NCBI RefSeq assembly: GCF_964204645.1
Contig: NC_134025.1
Coordinates: 26,578,299-26,642,298, forward strand
Reading direction: 5' to 3'
DNA from: Tubulanus polymorphus
Lineage: Eukaryota > Animalia > Nemertea
Length of the DNA stretch: 64,000 bases
Each line of letters starts with the position of its first letter. Positions within the stretch are counted from its first letter, which is position 1. Under the pieces are notes generated by a model. The model saw nothing but the letters and a program-made list of their open reading frames with translations, was not told the origin of the DNA and ran no database searches. This document shows, piece by piece, positions 45,632 to 59,737 of this stretch. Both the position numbers and the translations under genes were made by a program.

Positions 45632-48600
45632 CTACTTAAACGCGAATACGGCTTTCATTGAGATGTGATCAGATGGGAATGTCGGGTTTGGAAGACGGCT
45701 GTAGACTTTTAGAATATCTTCAGATGGAGTTGAAACAACGCCAAGCGAAGCCAAACCACTTTGATCAAAGAATATGTAATCAAATGTTTCACAGTTATTG
45801 CTCGTAATTGTGGTGATCATTGGTTCTTTTTCCTAGAAAATCAAAAGAATTAGTTCATTATTTACTATAACTCAATTTTGTAATGTCACAAAATATCTGG
45901 CTCTTGATATGTCGTTCCTTAATACATCTGAGTCCCAGGAACAAAGAAAAGCATGTGAACATATAGGTATAATATAAATCATGAGAGAGTAAAATAAACT
46001 AAATACACGAGGGTTGATAGGAGTTTGATGTGATATAGTGTGAAATTTGTCTACTCACACAAACATCATGCGAGCTTTCAACAAAATATGGTCTGATGGG
46101 TAGTATGTGGTTGGGATTAGCAAAGGTACAAGCGGTAATTTGCTAACACGAAGGGTTTCTAATCCAGATCCATAAAATATGTAATCTAGACATCCACTGA
46201 ATCTCTTATGGGCATGTGTAATTTCAGGTTCAGATCCCTATAATAAAGAATTAGGTTAGCAAATAAAATCTTATATATTCTAATGCGCAGACAAGCTTAC
46301 GGTATGTAATGGTGGCTGATTCGGGCCGTACTGAACAATTTTTTCTGTGTGGATAGAGACACGTTAAAAGAATTCTTACATTGGCACATTCTTTAGTTTT
46401 CTCGCGCAAAATAACAAAAAATTGGGCCAATGTTAAAACATTTTTTTAATTTTTGTGTATACATACCTCACAAACGAAATAAGCACTGGCCATATTTGGA
46501 GACATATGCTGAAATCCTTTCCACATCAGATTCACAAGTGACTTTTTCTAAAATAAATAGAATTTTCATAGCATTCAACAATCCCAGTTTTCTACAAATA
46601 AGAAACTCAATCGCCATACCTCTCCATTAGCTAAAGTAATGCCCTCAAGTTTCTGTAACTGTTCGATCATTTCACTACTCAGATATCCATCTCTGAGTAA
46701 CTGGTAGGCAGCACTAGTCGGCACTGAGTTGAAATCACCAACGATCATGTGTGGATTATGCGCTCCTCCAGCTATATTCACTATTTCTTTCATCGCGCAA
46801 GCAATCTTAAATAAACCAGTTACTGAGTTACACTCATTCAAGGAGTACAGCATTCTTATTCTATTTTCATGCATTGATCTATACATAGATTTTGATCATT
46901 CTTTATATGACCAGCTAAAGGTTAAACATGGAGTTGAATCAAAATAAGTCAATAATGCCTGTCTATATTTACCTCTATACATTGTTCATCAGGAAACTTC
47001 AGATTATCATAGGTGACATGGATGTTGCCGATAGTTATTTCTTTTCCATTTGTATTACACTTCACCTTAGTTATCAATACAACTGCCATATTATCGAGAT
47101 ATTTTTGCACTGCTTCTTTCTGATCTTCGGATATGCCATTTTCCTCGATCAACTATGAGAACAGACAAAACATAACATGAATACAAATCTATGGAAGTAC
47201 AGACACATAATACTTCTAACTAATTATACACCAGTAACTAATGATAGCACTAAAGCGGTATGCCAATTATTTAACAAACTGGGGTGGAGGCTTTTCAAAT
47301 TATAGTGAATATAACTTACCTTTGCAGCTAATTCTCTCAATGAGAAACTGGTCTCTGACACAACGGTAAATCTATTGCTGCGGACAAAGGTTGCCTCTCC
47401 TTCATTGAAGTAATTATTTTCAGGTGTAGTAACTCGCTTACGAAATGCTGCTTTATATCCCATACTGAAATGAAAGATAAAATGATATTAATCAAATGGA
47501 TAAAACATCTCCAACAATTTCAATATTCAACACCCCTGGTGGACATATACTAAAACCTTAAAATTCACCACAATCATAGAACATGTCATGAGCTACAATT
47601 TTGAAATTGATTTTCAAATATCAAGACTACAGGTGTAAAACCAGGGGCTGGTTGCATAGTCATGGCTTAGACTTAAGACCAGTCTAAGACCAACTTAGTC
47701 CTATAGACAATCTAACAACTTAAGACCAGTCTTAAGATATAAGACCACTTTTGGACTTAAGTCACGACTGTGCAACTGGCGTCTGATGACACTTAAGATG
47801 GCTACCAATCGCATGACAGCCGAAAAACCTGTCTGATATGTTGGAAACCCCTTCCAAAAGTATACCCATCACGGATTTCAATGAAGGAAGCTACTGGTCT
47901 CGGAATTGAGGCCAAAAATGACCTGATTAGGCACAACAAGGTCAGAGGTCGCCATCTTGTGTCCGATCAACCCAATTTTTATCAATCTGATGGGCCCTGA
48001 GGGGATACAAACATATATGAAAGGTCAAGATAATTGATTGAGGCCTTTTCAAAATTTCCCTTGAAAACTTCAAAATTATGTAAAAAGTGCTGATTTTGGC
48101 AAATATTAATGGTCGGCCATCCAGCTTCTGATTGGGCCAATCTTGGGCTGAACATATGATTTAGGGCAGATACATAAATAAACCAAATGTCGAGACAATC
48201 TCTTGAAGTGTCCTCAAAACTTCCAGAAATAACTCTTCTACATTCCGTCTAACGAACAAAATGAACACAATCGCCCTCTGGGAAAAATGTTAAGACGTGT
48301 TAAAAAATGAATTAATTACCTTTCAAACGCGGATTTTAATGTATCATTGAAGTAATCAGGGTCAACTTCTTGCAAACATATGATATCTGCATCATGATGT
48401 TTAAGCTCAGCCATTAGTCGTTTATGCCTATAACTGCGATCCAGCGTCTCCGCTGGAGTATGGCTATAATCTCCACGTCTCAGGTGACAGTCCGCGAGTA
48501 TATTATAAGAAACAATACTGAATTGATCTTGATCGTTGATGTCACACACCTTCACATTTGGATTGGCAACGAAGGACCTATTTAGCAACGCATCCATATC

Positions 48601-51310
48601 AGATATTCCGTTAATATTGTCCACAATTTTGGAATGTGAATTGATAGCTGGTGGAGTTCCAGTAATTCTCTCTTGTTCACGATGTTCTGCAAAATGAGAA
48701 ATCATAATCATTAGTCACCATTGTCTAAATGGTTGTCTGTCACTATAGACAGGATTCCACTTAACCTCAAATCATACTTTCAAAATGAATAATATACATA
48801 TACCCAGTGTAAAAGTATCATCTGCTAAACTAAAAGACAAGCCCCTGGTAGCACAAATTAAAATGATAGGATACCTGTATTGTATAATACAACTCAATGA
48901 ACAATAGTAAATATAAAATATCTAAGCATTATAGAAGCTTAATCCAAGGAATTTGTGGCACAGCGGTTATGACGTGAGACTATAAATCCAAAGGCTAGTG
49001 GTTCAAATCCCAAAATAAGATAAATTACAATCATGTTTTCACAAATCATATATCTGCAGCTTACTGAGATTTTTCAAGACAATGCATATTTTCCGATATG
49101 CCCAAATCGTCTGGATTTGTCTGTTTTTTCCTGATAAAACTTCCCTTGATTGGAACTAGCTCAAACCTTCAAATTTATGACCTGAGATTCAGCTATAGCA
49201 AATGCTTTTATTCGCAATACAAAAATTTAGAAAAATACAAAAATACATATACATGTACACAAATAAATGCGTTATCAACAGGAAAGACCAAACACTAGAA
49301 AAACGATACTAAAAACAAAATAACTTCTTACGTTTTGAAGATGCCATAGAAATAGAATCCGAATCAGCTGGAGGGACATCACTCATCTCAATTATGACAT
49401 AAGAGTCTTCGATATTGCTTTCTTCAGTACTAGAACGCCCTGGTTGACTGCTGGATACACTTCCTTTCGGGATATTTGTTGAAGGTATGGTTGCAACATC
49501 TGGTTCTACACTGTGTGACAGCTGCGGTGCTGGAACAGCTGAACACATTTCAGGTACCGCTTCGGCTGCTTCCATTGGCTGTTGTTGTTGGTGGTTGAAA
49601 TCTGATTGCGCTGCTACTGAACTGTCTTGTTCAACAGTTGATGATGCCTCTGGTTCGACAGGCTCTTGTTGCGGAGGTACAACATCCATCTGCTGAGGAA
49701 TGGGTTCGATCTGAGCTGACACGGCAATAGCAGCCACAAGGGGTGTTTCCAATTTTGGTACATCTGTACAGGGTTTTATGGCATCACTAGCAGGTGCTGA
49801 AGGTTCAACAGATTTTTGTTCAGGGGAAACCTGCATCTCTTGTGCGGCTTCTTCTTGTTCGCTTTCACTTTTCATGCGTTTTCGAGGGCTCGCATCTTCG
49901 TCCGGACCCAATTCATCTCTTTTTCGTTTGCGACTCGGTGATACGATTGGACATTCGGGTTCTTTGTCTGAAGAATCATTTACAGTCAAAGGTTTTTCTG
50001 GGTCAGCACTCTGAACTGGCGACATCTTAACGGGCTCAAGCACTGGAGCATCAGTGTGGGCTGTTACTTGTACATATGGCGTTTCTTTGTTTAATACTGG
50101 TGCAACACTATCTGTTTCAGTATCCATTGGTTCCTCTTTCTTATCTTCTGAGGCATCATCAGTTTTGTCTCCAGTTTCAGCAGCTTTGTCAATCTCCTCA
50201 ATATGCGCTGATTTCTTACCACGAGGTGATCTCTTTGTAGGCGATGGCGTGTTCTTTTTAGGTGAAACTGTTGCAGCCTGTCTCCCGCGTCGTCTAGGAG
50301 AAGCGACAGTTTCAGTTGTTTCCATGTTTTCATCTTCGGTAGATTCAGTTACCTCAGATTGTTCATTATTTCTAGTTCTACGGGTTCTTGGTGACACCGC
50401 TTTGGACTCAATGACATTTTCATCAGTTTCAGATTTCCCTTTCCGTGATCTCCCTCGCGGAGTTACATTTGGTTCTGATGTTTCTTCGATGGGTTTTTCG
50501 AGTTTCTTTGCAGGGGATTTTGCTACAGGTGATGCAGCCTGTTTCCCTTTGTTCTTTGTTGGCCTGCCACGTCCTCTCAGTGACTTAACTTCCTTCACAG
50601 TTTCTTCCTGCGGCTCATCTTTCTCATCCTCTGCTTCCACCTTCTCTAGTGCAGTATCATTGCGTTTATTCCTGGATGTGCGCCCACGCCCTCTTGGTGA
50701 CTTCACATCTTTTTCCACTTCAGCTTCAACATGAGTATCTACAGTTATTTTCTCTAGGACAACTTTAGCCTTTCTTCCTCGGCTTGAAGCACGAACACCT
50801 AAAAAAAAAAACAGGTCGTGTTATAGATTGCGATGAGAATATAAATGCGCACACCAAAATAAAATAACATTTTAACAAACAATACCTTCATTTGTTCTAG
50901 TCTCGGTTGTAATTACTGCTGGTGATGTAACGGATGCAGGTTCCTCAGTTGTAACTACACGACGTCTTCCTCTCTTTGGTGATGGCTCTGGTCTTTCAGA
51001 TGTTGGAGCATTCCTTTGAAACAAAAGTAATAAGAATTCAACTTTAATACCTTTAAATTTGAACTCAATGTGAATCTTAACGGTACAGTACAAGAATATA
51101 CCTTTTAGGAGCTTCCTGGACATTAGTTGCAGTTGGAACTTGAGCTGCTTTCCTCCCACGACTTCCTTGCTTAGTACTCTCTGCTTTTACTTGTTTCTCT
51201 GAAGTGGTAGCTGCTGGCTGTTTGGATGAACCGGCCTCTCGCATACTGGTGCGAGTAACTCTTCCTTTGGCACCACCACCCCTAGACTTTGCTGAAGATC
51301 TTTTTGGCAT
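45632..51310 (-). CDS. EEP-superfamily hydrolase (CCR4/nocturnin/Angel/PDE12-like) with long disordered N-terminal region
   Basis: Exons 51102-51310, 50886-51013, 49332-50798, 48320-48686 (SYNILAD, ICLQEVD), 47320-47464, 46973-47152 (GNIHV), 46620-46805 (GDFNSVP), 46467-46547, then last exon 45632-45832 (FDYIF...PSDH). Phases are consistent. Confidence 0.88.
46055..46237 (-). CDS. Alternative terminal exon of the EEP hydrolase (second DYIF/PSDH module)
   Basis: TAG acceptor, phase 0, open reading: GSEPEITHAHKRFSGCLDYIFYGSGLETLRVSKLPLVPLLIPTTYYPSDHILLKARMMFV*. Confidence 0.85.
   Translation of the reverse strand, partial: GSEPEITHAHKRFSGCLDYIFYGSGLETLRVSKLPLVPLLIPTTYYPSDHILLKARMMFV
47642..47785. 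mobile_element. MITE in EEP-gene intron
   Basis: CAGGGGCTGGTTGCATAGTCATGGCTTA ... TAAGTCACGACTGTGCAACTGGCGTCTG imperfect TIRs, internal TAAGACCA repeats. Confidence 0.7.
48955..49012 (+). mobile_element. tRNA-derived SINE head remnant
   Basis: A-box-like TGGCACAGCGG and B-box GGTTCAAATCC at tRNA-like spacing; no complete cloverleaf. Confidence 0.5.
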
Positions 51311-52203
51311 GATGACAGTAAAAGACTATTTCAACTTCTTTCTCAGAAAAGTCAAGAACTTCCTACAAATGATACATCATTGTGAAGATGACTATGAATC
51401 TAAAAACATGAGGGTCTCGAATTCTGGTGGTGGCACAGTTTCTGTATCATTCCAATTTAATAATGCACTGAACGAGGTAAAAAAAGAGAATGATGCCCAC
51501 TCGGAAGGGAACAAGAACAGAGTGACATGACAACATTAACAACCTATTTCAGTCATTACTGCACCAGACATCGGTGGATATTACGGCAAGCCAAAATCTT
51601 AGGATAATGTGGGCATATGGGTTAGTGTATTATTTTGACACCAGGTGGCCAACATAGTATTCCGACGTGCATAGCGTTAGAAACGTGATCTTGCGGAGTT
51701 TTATGAGTTGATTCCACATCGAACACGACCAATTAGAAGAATCACAGTTGCGCCACAATTAATTTTCAGTAGCGAAGAGGTCAATCGGTCTAATTTGGTA
51801 GAAATCTACAGATTATTGCTCACCTTTTTTACAAATTACGCGGACGCCATTACAGGTCACATAAATTTGCGTATGAGGACTTATCTTTAGGTTTCAAAAA
51901 TCCGTGTCCGTTTTGTTAGATTACCCGCAGGTACGATGATATTTTTTGCTAATATTTTCGGCGTTTTCGTCCTGTTATACTTGATGACAAGCGTGGTATG
52001 TATTTTGTAATTGTTGGTTATGTTGTTTGTTTCATACCTTGCTTGATCAAACGCGATAGAAAATTAAGAAAATGAATTTAAAGGATATTTACGGAAAGAC
52101 TCAATCCATATTCGCTTACCAGGGTTGCTTTTAAGTTTTCCTAGGAGAAAAAGAATCGACGAGTGTCTTGTTTTCACATTTTCAGATTTCTCAACCTCCC
52201 ATA

Positions 52204-53731
52204 ATGAAGGCTATCAATTATGCAGAGGGCCAAGGACCAGAGCACATGTCTCTGGCAGAATTTCCAGTTCCAGATTTGCGCGAGAAAGAAATCTTGATCA
52301 AAGTTTATTCTTCCGCCATCAATCGGGCAGACACATTGCAGGTGGTATTAGTAGTGAATTACTTACCGTAAGTGGTTAAGATTTTGATGTTATGTTTAAA
52401 ATGTAAGTTATTTTTCCCTTAAGCGTAAAGGTTTATATACACCACCTGAGGGACAAAGCAAAATTCTCGGACTTGAAGCTACAGGGAAGGTCATTAAACT
52501 GTCATCAGACTGTTCTGATAAGTGGAAAGTTGGAGATCGTGTTATGGTATTAGTTGCAGGTACTATTGTCAAATGTATCAGTCTTAATTACAGCATTCAA
52601 ACAAGCTAAGATTAAGTTTTGATATCTAGATGAATTGTTATAGGTGGTGGAAATGCTGAATATGTGGCAGCCCATGAAGATCATTTGATGCCTGTACCAA
52701 AAGGCTGGAAATTCAACGATGCAGCTGCAATCCCTGAAGTCTGGATTACTGCTTATCAACTAATATTCACTGAAGGTTGGTTATCACTTAAGTGTTACTG
52801 CTAGAAACTGCTTTTGAAGAATTATGATGTCAAATGTTTCTGATTGACAGGTCAGTTTCAACCGGGCGATTCTGTGTTAATTCATGCCGGTGGAAGTGGA
52901 GTAGGTACAGCTGCTACTCAACTAGTGTCCATATGGGGTGGTGTACCCATTGTCACTGCTGGATCACAATCCAAATTAGATAAAGCTAAAAGTCTTGGTG
53001 CTGCTGCATGTTACAACTATAAAGAGGGCAACTTTGATGATAAAGTCTTGAATTTCACTCAAGGTTCGCTATGATTTTGGTCTAGGCCTACTTGATTTTA
53101 AAATCTTTCATCAAACTTATGTATGGAAAGTACTGATGACTCTTGAATAAATTCTGAAATATCTTTTTTGATAGGTAAGGGAGTTAGGATGATATTAGAT
53201 TGTGTTGGTGGATCGTTTTGTGAGCAAAATGCTCGATGTATTGGAATCGAAGGAAGATGGATGCTTTATGGCCTTTTAGGTGTGTGTGTGATTCACAATC
53301 ATTTGAAATGGAAATTGTCTGCTGTTGCAAAAGTGAAAAAGAAAATATCCATTTGCTTCTTTTATAGGTGGCCGTTCGGTAAATGGTAATCTATTTTCAT
53401 CTATTTTACGGAAACGTGTCAACTTAAGAGGATCCACTCTACGTGCAAGAAATATTGAGGTATTTTTGAGATAGAAAATGCACTATGTAATTGTTTACTG
53501 AAAGCTTATTGTCATGTACGGTACTTTTACTTTCAGTATAAAGCATCATTGATTAAATCGTTCACTCAATCCGTCTTGCCTCTGTTTGAAAGCGGTGATC
53601 TCGGCGTTGTTGTCGATTCTGTATTTCCACTTGAAAAACTTGGCGACGCTCATAAAAAGATGGAATCAAACTTGAATGTAGGAAAAATTATAATACAAGT
53701 GCAATCTGAGGATGAGCATGATGAACTATGA
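52204..53731 (+). CDS. TP53I3: NADPH:quinone oxidoreductase, PIG3-like (MDR/zeta-crystallin family)
   Basis: Exons 52204-52341, 52424-52559, 52644-52775, 52851-53063, 53175-53279, 53368-53459, 53537-53731. Motifs AINRADTLQRKG, ILGLEA, AAAIPEVWITAYQ, LIHAGGSGVGTAA, AHKKMESNLNVGKII. Confidence 0.92.
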
Positions 53732-54857
53732 TAAAGCTTTAGTCGTTTGTCTGTCTATTAGTACCTCCTTGATACGCCTAACCCTGCCTGCCGCTCTCCA
53801 GGATAAGTTTATTGATCTCCGAGTGATCGAAATTGTGCTTCAGTCTCTAGTCGTAGATTTGTGTTGTTCATTTGTTGTGAATAAAGATATCATTTGCTAT
53901 TCATATTTAGATTCAAAAGGAATCGTTTTTTATTTCATTTTGGGGATGTGGTTCTAATTGAGTTTTACGAGAGGCCGTTCAGAGCTATGGACATCTACTA
54001 GGAGATGCTGCCACATGCAGTAGTGGCTCATTTGTGAATCAAAAGTTTTTTGCAGTTACGACAACGCTAATCACGAACCTGAAACCTTGAAACAAAAAAA
54101 CATTTCATATTAGTAATTCTTATTGAAATTGGTCTTCCTAATGATAAAATTTAGTATATATTATGATTTGTATTATTAAATTGATGATGATAACAGCTTA
54201 CTTTATTTCATACCAACGTCGCATCAGTAATGAATTTTACTTTTTTGTCAACTGGGGATCTTGAAACGTTTGACAGCTGTCAAAATTTCAAAATAAACAA
54301 ATCGAGCACGTGGAAGTCAAAAATGTCACTGAGTTCAGAAAACCGGTTGTTGTAGCATGAGTGTGTTGAAAACTAACTTGATGGTCATGTAATAAGAATT
54401 TACGATATAGTGCCAAAGGCATCGTTGGATCTACGCAGGTTTAATTCTGAAGATAAAAAGGTACGTTTCATTCGTATACCTAAGCGTGATTTAACTGGCC
54501 TCTGTCTACCTTGGAGTAATTCAGTCTGATTGCGCCAAGGTCTAATGAAATGGAGGCTCTTTTTCAAAAACGGGAACGTGTCCTTAAGAATAATTGTGGG
54601 TTACCAAATGCTCCCTTCTGCATTATTCAACTAGGCCGTGTTTCCAAAACGTTTAAATTGAATTTCCTTCAACAATTGCAGTGGTTTCAAATAACGAAAA
54701 CCGGACGATTTGAGACGTTTTTGGATATGCGATTCTCTGAAATAATACTCTTCAATCGCATATAGCACCAACTACTTAACGCCTGACCTGCTTTACTTTT
54801 CCTTGTTTATCATAAGCTAAAAATCCTTTTCAATTTTTTACATATTTCAGCGAAAAA

Positions 54858-55426
54858 ATGTCCTTACATAGACAAAGCGCAAGTTATCCAACAGTGTGCG
54901 AAGTAAATTACGATTATTTTATCGAGGAAGATGAAAGAATCACACCATTTAGACTTCCATCTGCCCAACTGAAACATCATAAATATCAAAATGATGATTT
55001 TCGTTGGGCCTATTCACGTTTTAGCGATGATTCAATCATCAATCATTACAGACAGAATTTATCAACACGAATGTCTGATCACCATCTTCCACCTCCACCT
55101 GCATATCATGTAAGCATCACCTTACCCACCAAAACAAGTTGAGAATCTGTCAGACTAGGAATGACGCGAATCCAAAAACTCACTCTCGGATGTGCAAATA
55201 CCGGACCAAGCGGAATATTTTTTACTTTCAGGCAAGGTGTACAACATCACTTGGTTATTTGAATCAAGGTAATCGCTCACCTGAGAGATGTCGAACATCA
55301 TATCATTTACTTTTATCTGATGAGGAAACTGAACCCAACCGATCACTGCCCAGTATTCAAACACCATTAAATCAAAACAGCTCAAAGTTGAAATGGGTTG
55401 AACCACTTGGGCAATGGATGGAGGAA
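54858..55426 (+). CDS. Uncharacterised; candidate alternative N-terminal module 1 (two exons)
   Basis: Exons 54858-55109 and 55232-55426, open and ending at a phase-0 GTGAGT donor. Confidence 0.6.
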
Positions 55427-56013
55427 GTGAGTTAAAACTTTGAAATCAGAAAATAAATTATATCTGAAAAGTGCAAAGACACTTCAAACCTATACCACGC
55501 TCTTGATAGGCTGCGTAACAATTCACAGTCTCAGTGTTCAATACCATACTGACATAAATCGTGGATTCACTGTCAAATTTCAATCATGGACTCTTAGAGT
55601 CCTGTTTCAATCAACTCCTGCGTTCTAACTATGAGTCCTAAGCGTGAACTAAGATTTTCTTATCTAATTATGAAATATATAACTGATCACCAAATGTATT
55701 GACAACTTAGTATCATAATTCAGACAACGGTGAAACTATGGGTATACCACCTTTATCCTGAATGAAAGAGTAAATATCTTGAGAGTAAACATATCTCCCA
55801 GAATAAATACATATAATTCATGAGTTTGTTCTGGTAGCAACACGTAACAATTACTAAAAGGTTCCAAATACATTTCAAATCAAATATTCAAATTGTAAGA
55901 TATTCAGTTAGAGTACATGAAATACATGTACGTAAAATCATGAAACGCTTTAGCTCAGATTTCAGCGTTGTTAAAAATGTGATAGGCTTATACCTCAGAT
56001 CGTAGTATAAAGA

Positions 56014-56694
56014 ATGTCTGGATTTCTCCCGAAAATACGTGTATGGCATTCGCTACATTCTGGACCACCGCCATTACTGCAGAAGAATTCGCTGTTAGCA
56101 GAAAAAGCTAGGAAAAACCGTGAGATCATAAGATTTCCACCGATAAAAGGCTTGAAATCTTCAAAATCTCCAAAAAGCTCATCTTCAGCCCCGAATCTCA
56201 CACTATTAGGGCGAAGCACAGGTCTATCATCTATCTCAGACCAACAGGATAACACTTCGGATATAGGTGATGATAAGATGCCCACAAATGATAAGGATAA
56301 AGAAATATCAAGAAGATGGAGTAACAGAAATGACGAGTTTATTGGAATGAGTGAGGATAAAAGTTTCCTCGGTACATATGATGGCGATGAATGTTTTTCA
56401 ATCGAATTTCATCATCAGTGCGATGAATGTGAAGAATATGAAAATTGTTTAGATTGTCATAACAACTTTAAACCAGTATTAGACCGGAGTTGGGCTTCTC
56501 TTCATTCTGCAAATTCGCGCAGTGATAGAAAATTATCTCATGTTATACCGTTTTTGAATGATAAGGACCGAGACGAATCAACATGTTTTGACTCCCCGCC
56601 GTCGGTGACAAACTGGGAACCAATTAATGAAGGATATATTTCTGCTGATTTTCACAGATTCAGTCCTCAAAACTCAGCTGATTCTGATGATGAG
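56014..56694 (+). CDS. Uncharacterised; candidate alternative N-terminal module 2
   Basis: 227 codons from ATG to a phase-0 GAG|GTGGGT donor; in-frame stop just upstream of the ATG. Confidence 0.6.
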
Positions 56695-57661
56695 GTGGGT
56701 TACGGATAATTTGGTTACATATTTCTTAATTCTTATCACAGATGATACTTCATAAACCCTTACATATGACCTTTCTTGTGAAATGAAACTGACTCTTGCA
56801 TATCTTAGAATTGAGAACCATCCACGATAAATTAGACTTGAAAGTCCAATGAACTGAATGGGTTGAATAAGTAATCTGTCGTTAGGAAGATATCAATTAT
56901 GAACCATTCAGAACTTGGAGGTTGAATCTATCGAATACTGAATTGAAATATTTCATTATCGAAAAATCAATCGTTATTATCACGCGTGACAATATGAAAC
57001 CGATGAAAACCGATTCAAAATACTCTCTAATTGGTATTATTATATTCCCCTGGGAACTTCATTCAATCGTTTCCCATGAAGAAAACCACCAAGTTGAAGG
57101 CAGTAACAGTTTCTAGATCGAATGAAATGGAGAAAATTGATTTTTGCTGAGGTATTAAAGCGTGATATCAGCTGAGAATCGCTAGTTATGTGACAGGCTT
57201 CATAATTTCGGAATTAAATCATTTTGATATTCGCACGAGAAAACGCTATCTAGAACTTGCTTGGCTTCACTACTGACACTATTTGATGGCTAAATTACTG
57301 TCTGGATTCAACAAATACGTTTATAATTGACGGACTGCATCTATATAACACTGGGCTTATTTTATTCATTGCTGAAAATCATTGATATTGAATGCTAAGC
57401 TAATCACCTCTTTTTATGTTCAAAGAACCTCTTCAAAAGCGACAATTTTCATTTCCAGTTGTATTCGGAATTTCTCAGGAAATGGCCGTTTCTATTTCGA
57501 GTTGTTTTTATCGCAACAAAAGAACTGCACTTGCTGATTGAATGTAGTTGCGTGCGTTTCGATGATTATTGTCAATGGAGGATTACCCAAAAACCATAGA
57601 GACAGTAAGCTTATTGAATTGTCTTCACATGTATCTATGGAATTGATTTATTAACTGTAGG

Positions 57662-58390
57662 ATGGCGAGTAATTCCAGAGAAAACCAACAAAATGCTCAC
57701 GTATATTGGTCAAATATTGCTTTAGCGGTACGGACTGGACAGGGCGCTTACAGGTATATCGATGCATATACAACTGGACAAAGAAACAGTTACTCAAATC
57801 TCAGTCGAGCAAATAATTTTAGAACTTCATCGTCAAAAAAATATTTATCAGTGCAACTTTTACAAGCATTTCCGACACTTACCTCGAATGAAACATCATC
57901 ATACAGAAACAGTGGATTAACGACGAGGAAAGATAAGAAAAACAATGCACCGGTATCATCATCGATTAATTTTGTCCATAAATCTGCATCTTTAGTTAAA
58001 ATGCCAAATGCAATGGAAGAAATTAATGCGGATAGCAATTTAAAGAATTGGTGGCCATTTTTGAGGATACTTATAAAGCAAAAGGAATTCTACAAGCGTA
58101 AACAGCCAAGTTTTTCATTGGAAGGGCACAGTATGCTGGCATTGCCTCAAATTAAACATGATGTCCCATCAGTGGTTGAATCTTCATACATTTACAGACA
58201 AAAGTGGAGGACAAATTTGAGAAAGTTAAAAACTGCTTCTACAGTAGTTCCAGCTACGAATTCGGGGTTCTCGAAATACCATCCTCCTAAATCAACCCAT
58301 GAACATTCGTCCTCAGAAGAAACAGGGCTGGGTTGTCTAACCCTTACACTCGAGGGTTTTGATGTTAAGAAAGTCATACTTCAGAAAAAG
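57662..58390 (+). CDS. Uncharacterised; candidate alternative N-terminal module 3
   Basis: 243 codons from ATG to a phase-0 AAG|GTAATT donor. Confidence 0.6.
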
Positions 58391-59737
58391 GTAATTAATT
58401 AACTGTTCGATCGAGAACATTTTCTTTGCAAATTTTCTCTGTTCGCTCGTTTGATATGATACACACAATAGAAACCGTATATATTTCGGTGCATTAAAAA
58501 TGAATGCGTATTGATTATAAAAATGAATCCTGTTTATATCTTTATATCATTCGAATATTCTTATATATTGTTTAATATAGACAAGAGCTATATGCAACGT
58601 AATAGGCGTCATTCATTTGGAACATTCACTTTCTTCAACGGTGAACACACCGAGGGACACCCGCACCTCTAGTTCAATCTTAAACAATTAATACCGATAT
58701 CATACCTGCTGGGCATTTCTGTGACCCGATTATACAGTCTTTTAACACGTTATTGAAGGGGTTTTCATCAAATTACAGTTATCCTAGCACCTTTCTTATA
58801 CTCGATTAATTTGTGATTTCACTTATAGCCAATGAGGTCCAATTTGTATATCGTGGGAAACTTAACACATTTTTCTTCTTAAAGCTTCATATGTTGTTAT
58901 TGCCGTTAAGGCTTCTGCGGATAATGGTTTTTAAGACACCATTGCGCTGGATTTCTTGCAAATTAGTGTTGACATTTGAGCTTTTGACTCAATAATCTCT
59001 ACAATTCTCTCTGAGTCCGACTGTTTACAGTCGATTGATTTTTTGATTCAATGGAAAGTGAACTAAATTTGATGTTATGATCATCTATTGCTGCAGGTGC
59101 GATTAATGGATGGTACAATATAGAACACTAATTAAACAGTAGAATACTTAACTGAAAGGATACTTTCCATAACTGGTTAAAACATTCTGCTATGTGTACA
59201 TATTAATGAACAGGATACACACTTGAAATTGGACCCTGAGGAAATGGCCGGACTAATTCATTTAGTCTACTATTCACCTGATGAATAAGTAATTTTGATT
59301 AGAAAGGCGTTTTACTTTCTTCAGTGTCAGTGTGTAATCGCCCGAAAGAGACTTTTAGACGAAGTTAATTCAAAGTTTCAAGTGGCGAATGCGTATTTGA
59401 CCTGAATTCTGAGATTATTTAATCAAAATGTCAACTAACAGATCATAAAGTAAAAATGTCGGAATTTGATTTTTTATGACTATATAAGGTATATATCGCA
59501 CAGAGGTAACAGTTGTTATCGAAGTTGGGTTTTGAATCGATTTGAAGGATTCCATTAATATTTCCTCCAAATGTATAAACCTAATACACCAATGTGACAG
59601 GACAGGAGATGAATTGAAAGGATTATCAGATGTGCTACGTGGATGGATAATGATAGTCTCATAGACAGTTTCGTGGTATACCGGCTTAATCTACACGACG
59701 ACAGGAAATTGTTTCGTGCAAAAAAGATTCAGCGATT

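Noticed and set aside
50054-50734. 226-aa + strand ORF and neighbouring short ORFs
   Set aside because: Antisense shadow of the low-complexity exon of the EEP gene.
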